Shown piece after piece: positions 1 to 8,198 of a stretch of 64,000 bases of DNA. The notes under the pieces were generated by a model. That model had not been told where the DNA came from. It ran no database searches and saw nothing but the letters and a program-made list of their open reading frames with translations. Origin of the DNA: a virus. The stretch spans positions 32,001-96,000 of the IMG/VR virus record IMGVR_UViG_3300045971_000354. The stretch is one strand, 5' to 3'. The first letter of the stretch is position 1; each line of letters opens with the position of its first letter. Position numbers and translations under genes: made by a program.

Positions 1-1
1 C

Positions 2-490
2 ATTTAAGTCAGTTGCAACTATATTCATAGTTCCTGCTGTTAATGTAGATGTAGTTACTAACTTACACTGACCAACTCCGTCAGATGTTCTAACTAGATA
101 TCTACGTGTACTTTCTTGCTTAACAATATCACCTAATGTGCGGGCAGCGCCGCCTGAAACGAATGCAGTAAATGCAAGTGCATTTGCAGTTGTTGTTAAT
201 GCAATATTAAATGTTGCATTTGCTCCCGGTCCGCTAATCGACACAGTAGGAATACTTGTGTATCCGCCACCGCCGCTTATCAATGCAACGTTTGTTATTG
301 CACCACCAGCTACAGTAATCGAAGCAGTAGCCGTTACTCCGCCAGCAAGTTGCGGGTTACTAAATGTTAAAGTTGCTGTATTAGCGTAGCCAGTACCAGG
401 AATTGCAACCGAAATTGATGCAACATCTTCGCCGCCGACTGGTGGTGTATTTAAATTACCGAAGTATCTTTTTTTAATTGGACGTCCCAT
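2..490 (-). CDS. Virion structural protein, 3'-truncated by the window edge (MGRPIKKRYFG...)
   Basis: Manually translated and absent from the ORF track. ATG at 490, GGAG RBS upstream, open to the window edge. Contains GxGY-type beta-rich repeats (PGTGY, GGGGYTSIPTV) and has a TAAATA motif at 565-570. Confidence 0.75.
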   Translation of the reverse strand, partial: MGRPIKKRYFGNLNTPPVGGEDVASISVAIPGTGYANTATLTFSNPQLAGGVTATASITVAGGAITNVALISGGGGYTSIPTVSISGPGANATFNIALTTTANALAFTAFVSGGAARTLGDIVKQESTRRYLVRTSDGVGQCKLVTTSTLTAGTMNIVATDLN

Positions 491-564
491 TTTGTTTCTC
501 CATAATGACGTTCTAGGTCCTACGCTGTGGGTACAGCATAATGCCTCAACCGAGGCTGACCCTT

Positions 565-580
565 TATTTAGTGTTAAATA
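565..580. promoter_or_regulatory. Back-to-back late promoter motifs (TAAATA on both strands)
   Basis: tattta 565-570 (minus) and taaata 575-580 (plus) lie between divergent genes. They resemble the T4 late promoter TATAAATA. Confidence 0.65.
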
Positions 581-599
581 CACTATCTAGGAGACTACT

Positions 600-1232
600 A
601 TGGAATTTACGTTAACAAAAGAAAAACTACAAGAATGCTTACCTAATAACAAAGAGATTGATTTATGGTTTCCTGTGTTAGAGAAACAATTTGGTTATTA
701 TCAAATCAACACTATTCAACGCGCAGCCGCATTCCTTGCGCAGTGCGGTCATGAAAGTATGGATTTTACAACTACACACGAAAACTTAAATTACTCTGCA
801 CAAGGGCTTGCAGGAACATTTAAAAAGTATTTTCCTACAGTAGACGATGCTACTCCTTATGCTCGCCAGCCTGAAAAAATTGCCAATCGTGTATATGCTA
901 ATCGTATGGGTAACGGTGATGAATCTAGTGGCGATGGTTGGAAGTTTTGTGGTCGTGGAATTTTACAAATTACAGGACACGATAATTACCATGAATGTTC
1001 ACAATTCGTTTTTCAAGATAGTAGATTATTAACTGATCCCTCTTGGTTAGAAAGTAAAGAAGGATGTGTTTCGGGTGCTTGCTGGTTTTGGACAAAACAT
1101 CAACTCAACGATCTTGCAGATCAAGATGACATTAAAGAAATTACACATAAAATCAATGGTGGGTATATAGGATTAGATGATCGCACTACACGGTACAATA
1201 GTTGCTGCGATATTTTAGCAGACAAATCTTAA
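600..1232 (+). CDS. Glycoside hydrolase family 19 (chitinase-like) endolysin
   Basis: Motifs AAFLAQCGHES, ENLNYS, IANRVYANRMGN, GRGILQITG and INGG. AGGAGA RBS. Confidence 0.9.
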   Translation: MEFTLTKEKLQECLPNNKEIDLWFPVLEKQFGYYQINTIQRAAAFLAQCGHESMDFTTTHENLNYSAQGLAGTFKKYFPTVDDATPYARQPEKIANRVYANRMGNGDESSGDGWKFCGRGILQITGHDNYHECSQFVFQDSRLLTDPSWLESKEGCVSGACWFWTKHQLNDLADQDDIKEITHKINGGYIGLDDRTTRYNSCCDILADKS

Positions 1233-1972
1233 GATTTACTTTTACAATTATCCCCGTGCCAGCGAGGATACGTGTTTACTGAAATAAGTTGTTGACAGTG
1301 AGGGCATAGAAGTTTTTTACGTTTCTTACCTATGTTAGAATCGCCGCGTCTACGTTTCTCTTCTTCTGTTTGCTTTCGTCCTCGAATTTTATCACCTATC
1401 TTTTTCCGTGTTTCTTCATTTAACGAGCCGTTAAAATCAGGTTGTTTACTTTTGTGATTAGTTGATAAGTTATTTTTCCATTCTTCACTAAACGGGTCTC
1501 GTTTCTTTCCTAACTTACTATCAACAATTTTTTGTCGTTGCTCTTCTGTTATTTGATTTCCTAAATTAGCTTGCCTAATTTTCTCTCTTGCTTCAAGTGT
1601 CTGAGTCTTACCATACATCCCATTTCCTTCACCTGTAAATTTTACACTTTGTAGAGCAGCATACTCTTGCTTAATCGATTCATATACTCTAGAAGTAATT
1701 TTTGTATGATACCGATTGTTAGTAGAGTCTGCCCTCATCATCCTTAATGCGTTCAACATTTGATGATGAGCATATCCTGTAGTAGATTTTACTAACAACC
1801 AATGACATATGAAATGTTCTCTTGCCGTTAATACAGATAAATTATCAATATCATCAGTTCCGCCCATGCATCTAGGAATTATATGGTGAGTCTCTGTGTA
1901 AACAGATTTATCTATTTTACGGGTTTGACCACGGGCAGTTATTTCGGTGTACCATTTTTCGTATTTGCTCAT
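1229..1972 (-). CDS. Free-standing HNH homing endonuclease with NUMOD3-like repeats
   Basis: ETHHIIPRCMGG-DDIDNL-LTAREHFICHWLL HNH motif, basic repeats (GKTQTLEAREKI, EETRKKIG) and a C-terminal CPHC...HGDNC. Confidence 0.88.
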   Translation of the reverse strand: MSKYEKWYTEITARGQTRKIDKSVYTETHHIIPRCMGGTDDIDNLSVLTAREHFICHWLLVKSTTGYAHHQMLNALRMMRADSTNNRYHTKITSRVYESIKQEYAALQSVKFTGEGNGMYGKTQTLEAREKIRQANLGNQITEEQRQKIVDSKLGKKRDPFSEEWKNNLSTNHKSKQPDFNGSLNEETRKKIGDKIRGRKQTEEEKRRRGDSNIGKKRKKLLCPHCQQLISVNTYPRWHGDNCKSKS

Positions 1973-1999
1973 ATCTATATTTATGTTAGTTACCTTTAC

Positions 2000-2028
2000 A
2001 TTTTAATATATACAGAAATTTAAGTCAA
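2000..2028 (-). promoter_or_regulatory. Sigma70-like promoter upstream of the HNH gene
   Basis: TTGACT-N17-TAAAAT on the minus strand. Confidence 0.45.
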
Positions 2029-2029
2029 C

Positions 2030-2054
2030 AAAAAACCCACCGAAGTGGGTTTTT
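2030..2054 (-). terminator. Rho-independent terminator after the major capsid gene
   Basis: AAAAACCCAC-UUCG-GUGGGUUUUUU on the minus strand. Confidence 0.9.
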
Positions 2055-2076
2055 ATTTTACCAATTAAGTAATTGC

Positions 2077-3252
2077 TTACTTGAATGATACATTAGAAGA
2101 AACGATCTTAACCTTACCTAAGTAATCCGCAGCATTACCAAGAGATGATGCAGTATTGGTTAATTCGACGTAGCCATAGCGGGTGAGAAAGCCAACTACT
2201 GGTTCGAATGTTGATGGATCTAACACAACACCAGAACTCATTAGAGGAATGTAAGGGCAATAGAATGCCGCTGCATCTGCTTCTGAGGAACCCTTGTAAC
2301 CGATAAGGACTTGATTGTCATCATCAGTATCAGGACGATATGCATCAACATACACACGCATAGCACCGTTCAATGTACCAACAAACTTTGTGTTTGTAGG
2401 AGCTTCGAAAGTACCTTCTGTTGTACGTGCAAATGCACTTGTTGTTGCTGACTGAAGAATAGTCAACGCTTGGTTGGACACGACAGCCCAGTTACCTGAA
2501 CCACGACGTGTACGCTGAGCGATCAAGTTGCTTACGCGATTGATCTGAATTGCAAGAGCAGCGTGCTCATCACCAACGAATGTAGCAGTACCTGAAACTA
2601 GGGACTGGTCATAAGTTTGTTCAACTGAAGCAAGAGCACGTAGCGAAGCTAAGATTTCTTGGTCGATTTCAGTTGTAATTTCTTGTGCCAAAGCAGCCAT
2701 GATTTCTGCTTCGATGTCAATACCTTGTTGGGCTTGTGCATCTTGAGCAGCTTCAAAAGTCCAACGAGCTGAAAGCTTGCGGCTCTTAGCTTCGACTGGG
2801 CTCTTCAAGATTTGAATGCTCATTCTACGACCAGGTGTACCTTCCATTGCGCCTGTGGAGTTCGCTTTTGGAGTAGTATCATTGTCGTTACCGGAGTAAG
2901 CAGCAGCGATCTTGAATGGGCTAAGTGCTTCTTCACCAGCAACTACGTTTGCGCCGCTATCTGCATAGCGAACACGTAATGTGTGGATCTGAGCAACTGG
3001 ACCAGTCATAGGTTGAACGCCAACGATTTCGTTAGCGATAACTGTTGGCATAACACGACGGATTACTGGAAGAATCACGCGGTTTAGTGTTGCGATATTA
3101 CCTGCAGAAGTTGCACCAGCGGATGCTGATTCAACCAAGTGACGGCGTGTATTCTCTAAGCATACGCTCATTGAAGAACGACGAGTTCCTTGGAGGCCTT
3201 CAAGCAGAGCTTCTTTTGTATCTGACCATCTTTCGTTTAATAGTTGTGACAT
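2077..3252 (-). CDS. gp23: Major capsid protein (T4 gp23-like)
   Basis: RRVMPTVIANEIVGVQPMTGP, VEAKSRKLSARWTFEAAQD, EITTEIDQEI, FYCPYIPL and TRYG motifs. Follows the protease and scaffold genes. Confidence 0.96.
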   Translation of the reverse strand: MSQLLNERWSDTKEALLEGLQGTRRSSMSVCLENTRRHLVESASAGATSAGNIATLNRVILPVIRRVMPTVIANEIVGVQPMTGPVAQIHTLRVRYADSGANVVAGEEALSPFKIAAAYSGNDNDTTPKANSTGAMEGTPGRRMSIQILKSPVEAKSRKLSARWTFEAAQDAQAQQGIDIEAEIMAALAQEITTEIDQEILASLRALASVEQTYDQSLVSGTATFVGDEHAALAIQINRVSNLIAQRTRRGSGNWAVVSNQALTILQSATTSAFARTTEGTFEAPTNTKFVGTLNGAMRVYVDAYRPDTDDDNQVLIGYKGSSEADAAAFYCPYIPLMSSGVVLDPSTFEPVVGFLTRYGYVELTNTASSLGNAADYLGKVKIVSSNVSFK

Positions 3253-3267
3253 TTATGTCTCCTTGAA

Positions 3268-4359
3268 TTATTTTAGACCCGCTAATTTGCGGATATCTAG
3301 AATGTTGTCTAAGCCTACCTCAGACTTTCTTGCTACGCGATCACCAGTAACTACTTGTGCTGATTCTTTCAAAACAGCAGGTTTTGCTTTTCTAGTTTCG
3401 CCTTCTACGACTGCGGGTAGGTATTTCTCAAAAGCAGCAGAAAGTTTTGCAGTCTGAACAGACTCCAAAAGTTCTTTCATGATGCCTCTCTTGTCGGCTC
3501 CCAAAGGTGCTAACAGTTCGCCCATTACGTTTGCACGTTCCATCAAATCTTTCTGAGCGCGGAGTGCGCGATTAGAAGATTCAGCTAGTTGTCGTGTCTT
3601 AGTTAGAGCAACTCGAGCTTCAGCAATTTCAGTTTCTTTCTTATCTACAATCTTCAACAGACGAGCTGTATCAGACTTTTCGTTAAGATAAGAGTGCTGA
3701 AACTCTTGGGCAAACGCTTCAAAAATACGACGACCAAAGCTGTTTGTACGAGCTGAGTCAATATCTTCACGTAGTTGAGAAATCTCTTTACGTAAAGTAC
3801 CTTCTACAGTTTGTTGAACAGCGCCAGCGGCGCGTTTAATGAATTGTGTTTTTACTTCGTCAAATTTAACTTTAGCGCCTGCAACTAACTTAACTTTCGT
3901 TTCAGCTAGATCACGCTTATCTTCAGCAAATTCAGCGATTTCCTTGGCCAATGCGCTTACCACGAATTGTTCAAGTTTTTGGAAGTTTTCAGTAACCTTA
4001 CTACGATCACTTTGGAATTCCACTAGTTCTTTTGCCAACTGCTGAGCAACAAATGATTCCATGACGCTTGCGTCACTTGACATTTTTTGAACATACTTAG
4101 CGCGTGTTTCTGCTAATGTACGCTTGTCTTCAGCTAGTTCGGCCATCTCTGCGGCCAATCTCTCACTCAACATCTTGTCGATTGCTTCAACCATAACACT
4201 TTTATCGTGTTCATACTTTGTAGCAAACTCTTCACGAAGTAGAGCGGTGACTTGGTCGCGATTCTCTTGAATCTTTGTTGTGAATGCGGCTTCAACTTCA
4301 GAACGAATTTGCTCTGACATTACACCACTTTCAACTAATTGTTTGAATGCGTCCAACAT
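3268..4359 (-). CDS. Prohead core/scaffolding protein (gp22-like)
   Basis: Long coiled-coil, Glu/Lys-rich protein located between the protease and the MCP. Confidence 0.8.
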   Translation of the reverse strand: MLDAFKQLVESGVMSEQIRSEVEAAFTTKIQENRDQVTALLREEFATKYEHDKSVMVEAIDKMLSERLAAEMAELAEDKRTLAETRAKYVQKMSSDASVMESFVAQQLAKELVEFQSDRSKVTENFQKLEQFVVSALAKEIAEFAEDKRDLAETKVKLVAGAKVKFDEVKTQFIKRAAGAVQQTVEGTLRKEISQLREDIDSARTNSFGRRIFEAFAQEFQHSYLNEKSDTARLLKIVDKKETEIAEARVALTKTRQLAESSNRALRAQKDLMERANVMGELLAPLGADKRGIMKELLESVQTAKLSAAFEKYLPAVVEGETRKAKPAVLKESAQVVTGDRVARKSEVGLDNILDIRKLAGLK

Positions 4360-4375
4360 CTATTTCTCCTCGGGC

Positions 4376-5011
4376 TTATTTTAGACCTTTTATTATCTTA
4401 AGGAGTGATTCTTTAAGATATTTTTGGGCCTTTGGATCTTCTTTTACTTCTTGCGCTACACGCCACGAGTTGTACCCACCACGATTGTTCATAAGATGTT
4501 CATAAACAGGTGTAGGATACGCACCAGGGGCGCTAGGCTGTGCAACTATGTCAACCGTGATAATCTCAAAATCGGATACTTCGCCAGAGCCTTCGTTAAC
4601 GTTTCCGCTACCGCGTGAGCTCACGCCAAGTTTTACACCTGCTTCAAGCATGGTCTTAATAAGATTGCCCATAGGCGTTGGCAAAACTTTCATCTTGCCG
4701 TAGCCGTTCGGACCATCCATCCACATCTCAGTTATCATGTGTGATACACGGTCTAAATTTACTTTAAGATCATCAGGGTGATCAACTTCGCCTAGAACAC
4801 TGTAACCGTTTTGAATCTGGTCGTTTAGAGTTTTTACTGCATTGCCAATCTCGGAGACAGGGTATACACGCTGATTTGCATTGCGTATACCACCTTGGAT
4901 GCAAATACCTTTCAACCAAAGGTTCTTTCCATCCTTCTCATCACTCTCCAAAACAACACGAGCTTGATCAAAACTTAAATGTTCACGAAGGTATTTCACC
5001 TGATGTCTCAT
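4376..5011 (-). CDS. gp21: Prohead protease (T4 gp21-like)
   Basis: NANQRVYP, GEVDHP, VSHMI, TPMG, GVSSRGSG and DIVAQPSAPGA motifs. Confidence 0.95.
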   Translation of the reverse strand: MRHQVKYLREHLSFDQARVVLESDEKDGKNLWLKGICIQGGIRNANQRVYPVSEIGNAVKTLNDQIQNGYSVLGEVDHPDDLKVNLDRVSHMITEMWMDGPNGYGKMKVLPTPMGNLIKTMLEAGVKLGVSSRGSGNVNEGSGEVSDFEIITVDIVAQPSAPGAYPTPVYEHLMNNRGGYNSWRVAQEVKEDPKAQKYLKESLLKIIKGLK

Positions 5012-5016
5012 GATAA

Positions 5017-6069
5017 TTAAGCGTTACGGTGTGGAGCACCAGTCAATGGGCTACGAGTTTGAACGCCGCCAGTTTGACCTGCTTTGTCGCCGCCAGCTAC
5101 TGCACCGACGCCTGCACCTTCTTTGTTGCCTGGCTTAGGAACTGCCTTAACAGTCTTAATACCCGACTTCACGCCGTCGACATTATGTGTTCCAGCTGAA
5201 GTGAACTTGTCACCACGCTTCAATACACCTGTATTCTTTGGCTGGTGTGGTGATTGACCGTCTTGGTTTTCTCCCATACCTTTTTGTGCAATGTTCTTAG
5301 CATTTGCGCCAGTTTCTGGCTTACCCTTAGCTGAACTAATTGGGCTGTGCTTAATAACACCACCTGTTTGTCCTGCCTTGTCACCACGTCCGGAACCAAC
5401 ACCTTCACCGTCAGCCATTGCAACGCTTACACGTTCAATATACTCACGCATTGTTTCGCCTTGTGACTTCTTAGCTGTAGTACGGCTTTCTTGCATTGGG
5501 AATGCCTCATCTTCTTCGTCGGACTCTTCTTCGTCGTCGGACTCTGCATCGTCAACGCTGTCAAGTGGATCGTTACCTTCTTCGTCGTCATGGACGCCAG
5601 GCTCTTTTTCTTCTTCGTTGCGTTCTGCACCCATAAGTGCTTCAAACTCAGCTTGAAGTTCGTCTAGTGCGCTCTTAAGATCTAATACATCATCTTTTGT
5701 AGCTGGCTCACTTCCGCCTTCGTCTCCGCCGAATTCGTCACCGCCGAATTCATCACCACCCATTGCATCAGCATCGCCGACTTCACCGCTAAGGTCATCA
5801 GTCTGATCTTGAACTGGGAATTCTTCTTCGTTTTCTTCGCCGCCGAAGCCTTCGTCTACTGAGTCATCTTCGTCATCTTCAGATGCTTCATCTACCGATT
5901 CATCTTCGTCATCGGTCATTTCTTCTACGGACTCTTCTTCCTCTTCCGCAATAAGGTTTTCATAAATTTCGCGTGACTTTTCTACAACGATTTCGTGAAA
6001 TAGCTCATTAGCTTTTTCTGTTTCTTCGTTTACAAGATAGTCCAATAATTGTTCGAACTTGCTAGACAT
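5017..6069 (-). CDS. Acidic prohead core/internal head protein
   Basis: Very D/E-rich N-half and Gly/Lys-rich C-half with duplicated GDKAGQTGGV. Sits between portal and protease like T4 gp67/68. AGGAG RBS and TAAATA at 6111-6116. Confidence 0.6.
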   Translation of the reverse strand: MSSKFEQLLDYLVNEETEKANELFHEIVVEKSREIYENLIAEEEEESVEEMTDDEDESVDEASEDDEDDSVDEGFGGEENEEEFPVQDQTDDLSGEVGDADAMGGDEFGGDEFGGDEGGSEPATKDDVLDLKSALDELQAEFEALMGAERNEEEKEPGVHDDEEGNDPLDSVDDAESDDEEESDEEDEAFPMQESRTTAKKSQGETMREYIERVSVAMADGEGVGSGRGDKAGQTGGVIKHSPISSAKGKPETGANAKNIAQKGMGENQDGQSPHQPKNTGVLKRGDKFTSAGTHNVDGVKSGIKTVKAVPKPGNKEGAGVGAVAGGDKAGQTGGVQTRSPLTGAPHRNA

Positions 6070-6193
6070 GGTTTAAATCTCCTTTTATCAGTTGGCAAGG
6101 CTGTCGTGTATATTTACAGCCCAAGTTAATTACTTATACGAAATGCACCAAAAACGGCCGATCTTGAAAAAAATAGGGTATTTAGTGAAAATT

Positions 6194-6445
6194 TTAAATT
6201 TGTGCGGCACCGTCTTCTGGTGGGGGATTGGCATACATTACTCTAATTAAAGCAGCATCTTCCATTGCTTCTTGTTCACGGGCCTCGCCAGCCTGACGCA
6301 ATTGATTAAGCATTTTTAATGTTAATCTTGTTTTACGAGTATCGTTAACACTTAGGATAGAATCGTCATGGTCAGGATCATAACGTTTATCTTCTTGTTG
6401 ATCTTCGTCTTCGTCTGTAAAGTAAACAAATTCTCTTAGTAGCAT
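6194..6445 (-). CDS. Small head-module protein (83 aa, MLLREFVYF...)
   Basis: Start re-assigned to ATG 6445, because the track's start overlaps the portal gene. TAAATA lies 5 nt upstream. Confidence 0.7.
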   Translation of the reverse strand: MLLREFVYFTDEDEDQQEDKRYDPDHDDSILSVNDTRKTRLTLKMLNQLRQAGEAREQEAMEDAALIRVMYANPPPEDGAAQI

Positions 6446-6458
6446 AAGGGTATTTAGC

Positions 6459-8192
6459 TTACGATGGTTGGGCTGCGCCTGAGCCAGTTGACCCTGGCAT
6501 GCCAGGTGCAGCTTGGGGCTCTTCCATCGGCATTCCATTTTCATCTTCCATTCCTTCCGGTGGAACTCCTGCTGAATCAATTGCACCCATATCAGCAGCC
6601 GCGCCCGATGCTGTTACTCCTGCACTCCGTAATTCTGCGGCAGCACTTGCAGCATTATTAGGATCTTCAAGATTCTCTTCCTTCCATTTTGTTTCGTTTT
6701 CTACAATCTCTTCGTCAGTTAGTCCTAAGAAACGTTTCATTGCAAACCGTTTACTTAGATATGGAACTGCGATCATCTGTCCAAAAACTCCAACTCGCAC
6801 ACCATCCATTTCTGCTTGGCGGTATGATGCAAAGTTTTGTGGTGGGTTAAACTTTAGATCAAAAATACCTGGATCTATGTTTAGTCCCTTATTATGCAAG
6901 TATAATTTGAATTCGTTATTAAAATGATCGTTAATTAAACTTTGTAGTCGTTCACAGTATTTGTTAAACCTGAGTTCTTGAATATATGCGGTCCCGACTC
7001 GTCCATCATTAAAAGATGAGCCTCCATCGTCCGGACCAGTTGGTAGATAACTACTAGGAATGCGCAAAGCCCTAAACAACTTATTAGTAAAGTAACGTAA
7101 ATCATCAATTTCTCCGAGGTTTGTTCCGCCCGGTAGTAATTCAACCTTACTTCCTCTACCTTCGGCGGTTTGCGGGAAAAAGTAATCTTCGTTTATACTT
7201 AATGGATTATAACTTGCATCTATAACACTTGACCCGCCCCCGGTCATACTTGGGATACGGCGTTGGTTAACTTCGTTCTTTACTCGCTCTACAAAGCCCA
7301 TTGCTAAGTGACTTGGCATGTTTCCTACATCAATATAGAAAACACGACGTTCCGGCGCTCTTTGTACACGGTATATAATAATGGCGTCTTCCAGCAGTTC
7401 TTTCTGCTTATAGACCTTAAAAATGCTCTCTAATAGACTGTTTCCGAACGGAAAGTTGTTATCTAACCCCTCTGACATAGAAAGGTGAATAACGTGCTTT
7501 GCATCGATTGCAAACTGATTTTGATTCAGTTGGAATCGGCCACCCGTATTTGAACTAACTGATCCGGCCGCTTTTCCACTGTTTCCGCCACCGCCGGATG
7601 CAAACGAGCTAGATCCTGGGGTACCAGTAGTATTACTAGGATTAATTGCTGTAACTGTTAAGCTCTGTAAGTTAACATTTAAGTCACGGATAACATATTG
7701 TTCGGGCTTTTTTCCTTCGCTTTCGTTTACAATAACACGGTCAATTTTGTTTGGATCAATATACATCCAAGTGTCTGTTTCCGGGTCGCGAATGAAGAAA
7801 CTGTCACCGTATTTGAAACAGTTACGGACAATTTTAAAGATTCTATTGTGGAATTTGTTTAGCTTAGTCCACTGTTGAAGATACTTTTTAAGTACTTTAA
7901 CTTCAGTTGATGTAGCTTGTTCGCGAAACTTTAAAGCAAACGGCGTGCCATTTTCTTCGTTTGTCTGAGAACAAAATTCTGCTAAAATATCAAGAGCAGC
8001 GTTAACTTCACTATCAGTATCCATTGTGTCGTACTGACCGTATCGTTCTAATCTGTTCGGGTGTCCTGAGTAAACATCAGGCAAATAGCTCGAATAGTTT
8101 GTACGACTTGGATTTGCACGACTACTGGAACTACCAACTGTGCTTTTCGAACCGTCAGTGTTAACCGGGGTAAAATACTTTTTCCATGCCAT
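6459..8192 (-). CDS. gp20: Portal vertex protein (T4 gp20-like)
   Basis: LLEDAIIIYRVQRAPERRVFYIDVGNMP, EDYFFP, GSKVELLPGG and LRIPSSYL motifs. Confidence 0.96.
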   Translation of the reverse strand: MAWKKYFTPVNTDGSKSTVGSSSSRANPSRTNYSSYLPDVYSGHPNRLERYGQYDTMDTDSEVNAALDILAEFCSQTNEENGTPFALKFREQATSTEVKVLKKYLQQWTKLNKFHNRIFKIVRNCFKYGDSFFIRDPETDTWMYIDPNKIDRVIVNESEGKKPEQYVIRDLNVNLQSLTVTAINPSNTTGTPGSSSFASGGGGNSGKAAGSVSSNTGGRFQLNQNQFAIDAKHVIHLSMSEGLDNNFPFGNSLLESIFKVYKQKELLEDAIIIYRVQRAPERRVFYIDVGNMPSHLAMGFVERVKNEVNQRRIPSMTGGGSSVIDASYNPLSINEDYFFPQTAEGRGSKVELLPGGTNLGEIDDLRYFTNKLFRALRIPSSYLPTGPDDGGSSFNDGRVGTAYIQELRFNKYCERLQSLINDHFNNEFKLYLHNKGLNIDPGIFDLKFNPPQNFASYRQAEMDGVRVGVFGQMIAVPYLSKRFAMKRFLGLTDEEIVENETKWKEENLEDPNNAASAAAELRSAGVTASGAAADMGAIDSAGVPPEGMEDENGMPMEEPQAAPGMPGSTGSGAAQPS

Positions 8193-8198
8193 TAATCA

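Noticed and set aside
138-389. Plus-strand 83-aa ORF
   Set aside because: Antisense shadow of the minus-strand MGRP gene, which has an RBS and a promoter motif.
5719-5760. GGDEF-GGDEF-GGDE peptide in the acidic head protein
   Set aside because: It is a 15-bp low-complexity tandem repeat in a disordered acidic region, with no diguanylate cyclase domain context.
6446-6586. N-terminal extension of ORF 6194-6586
   Set aside because: It overlaps the portal C-terminus. ATG 6445 with an adjacent TAAATA is the better start.
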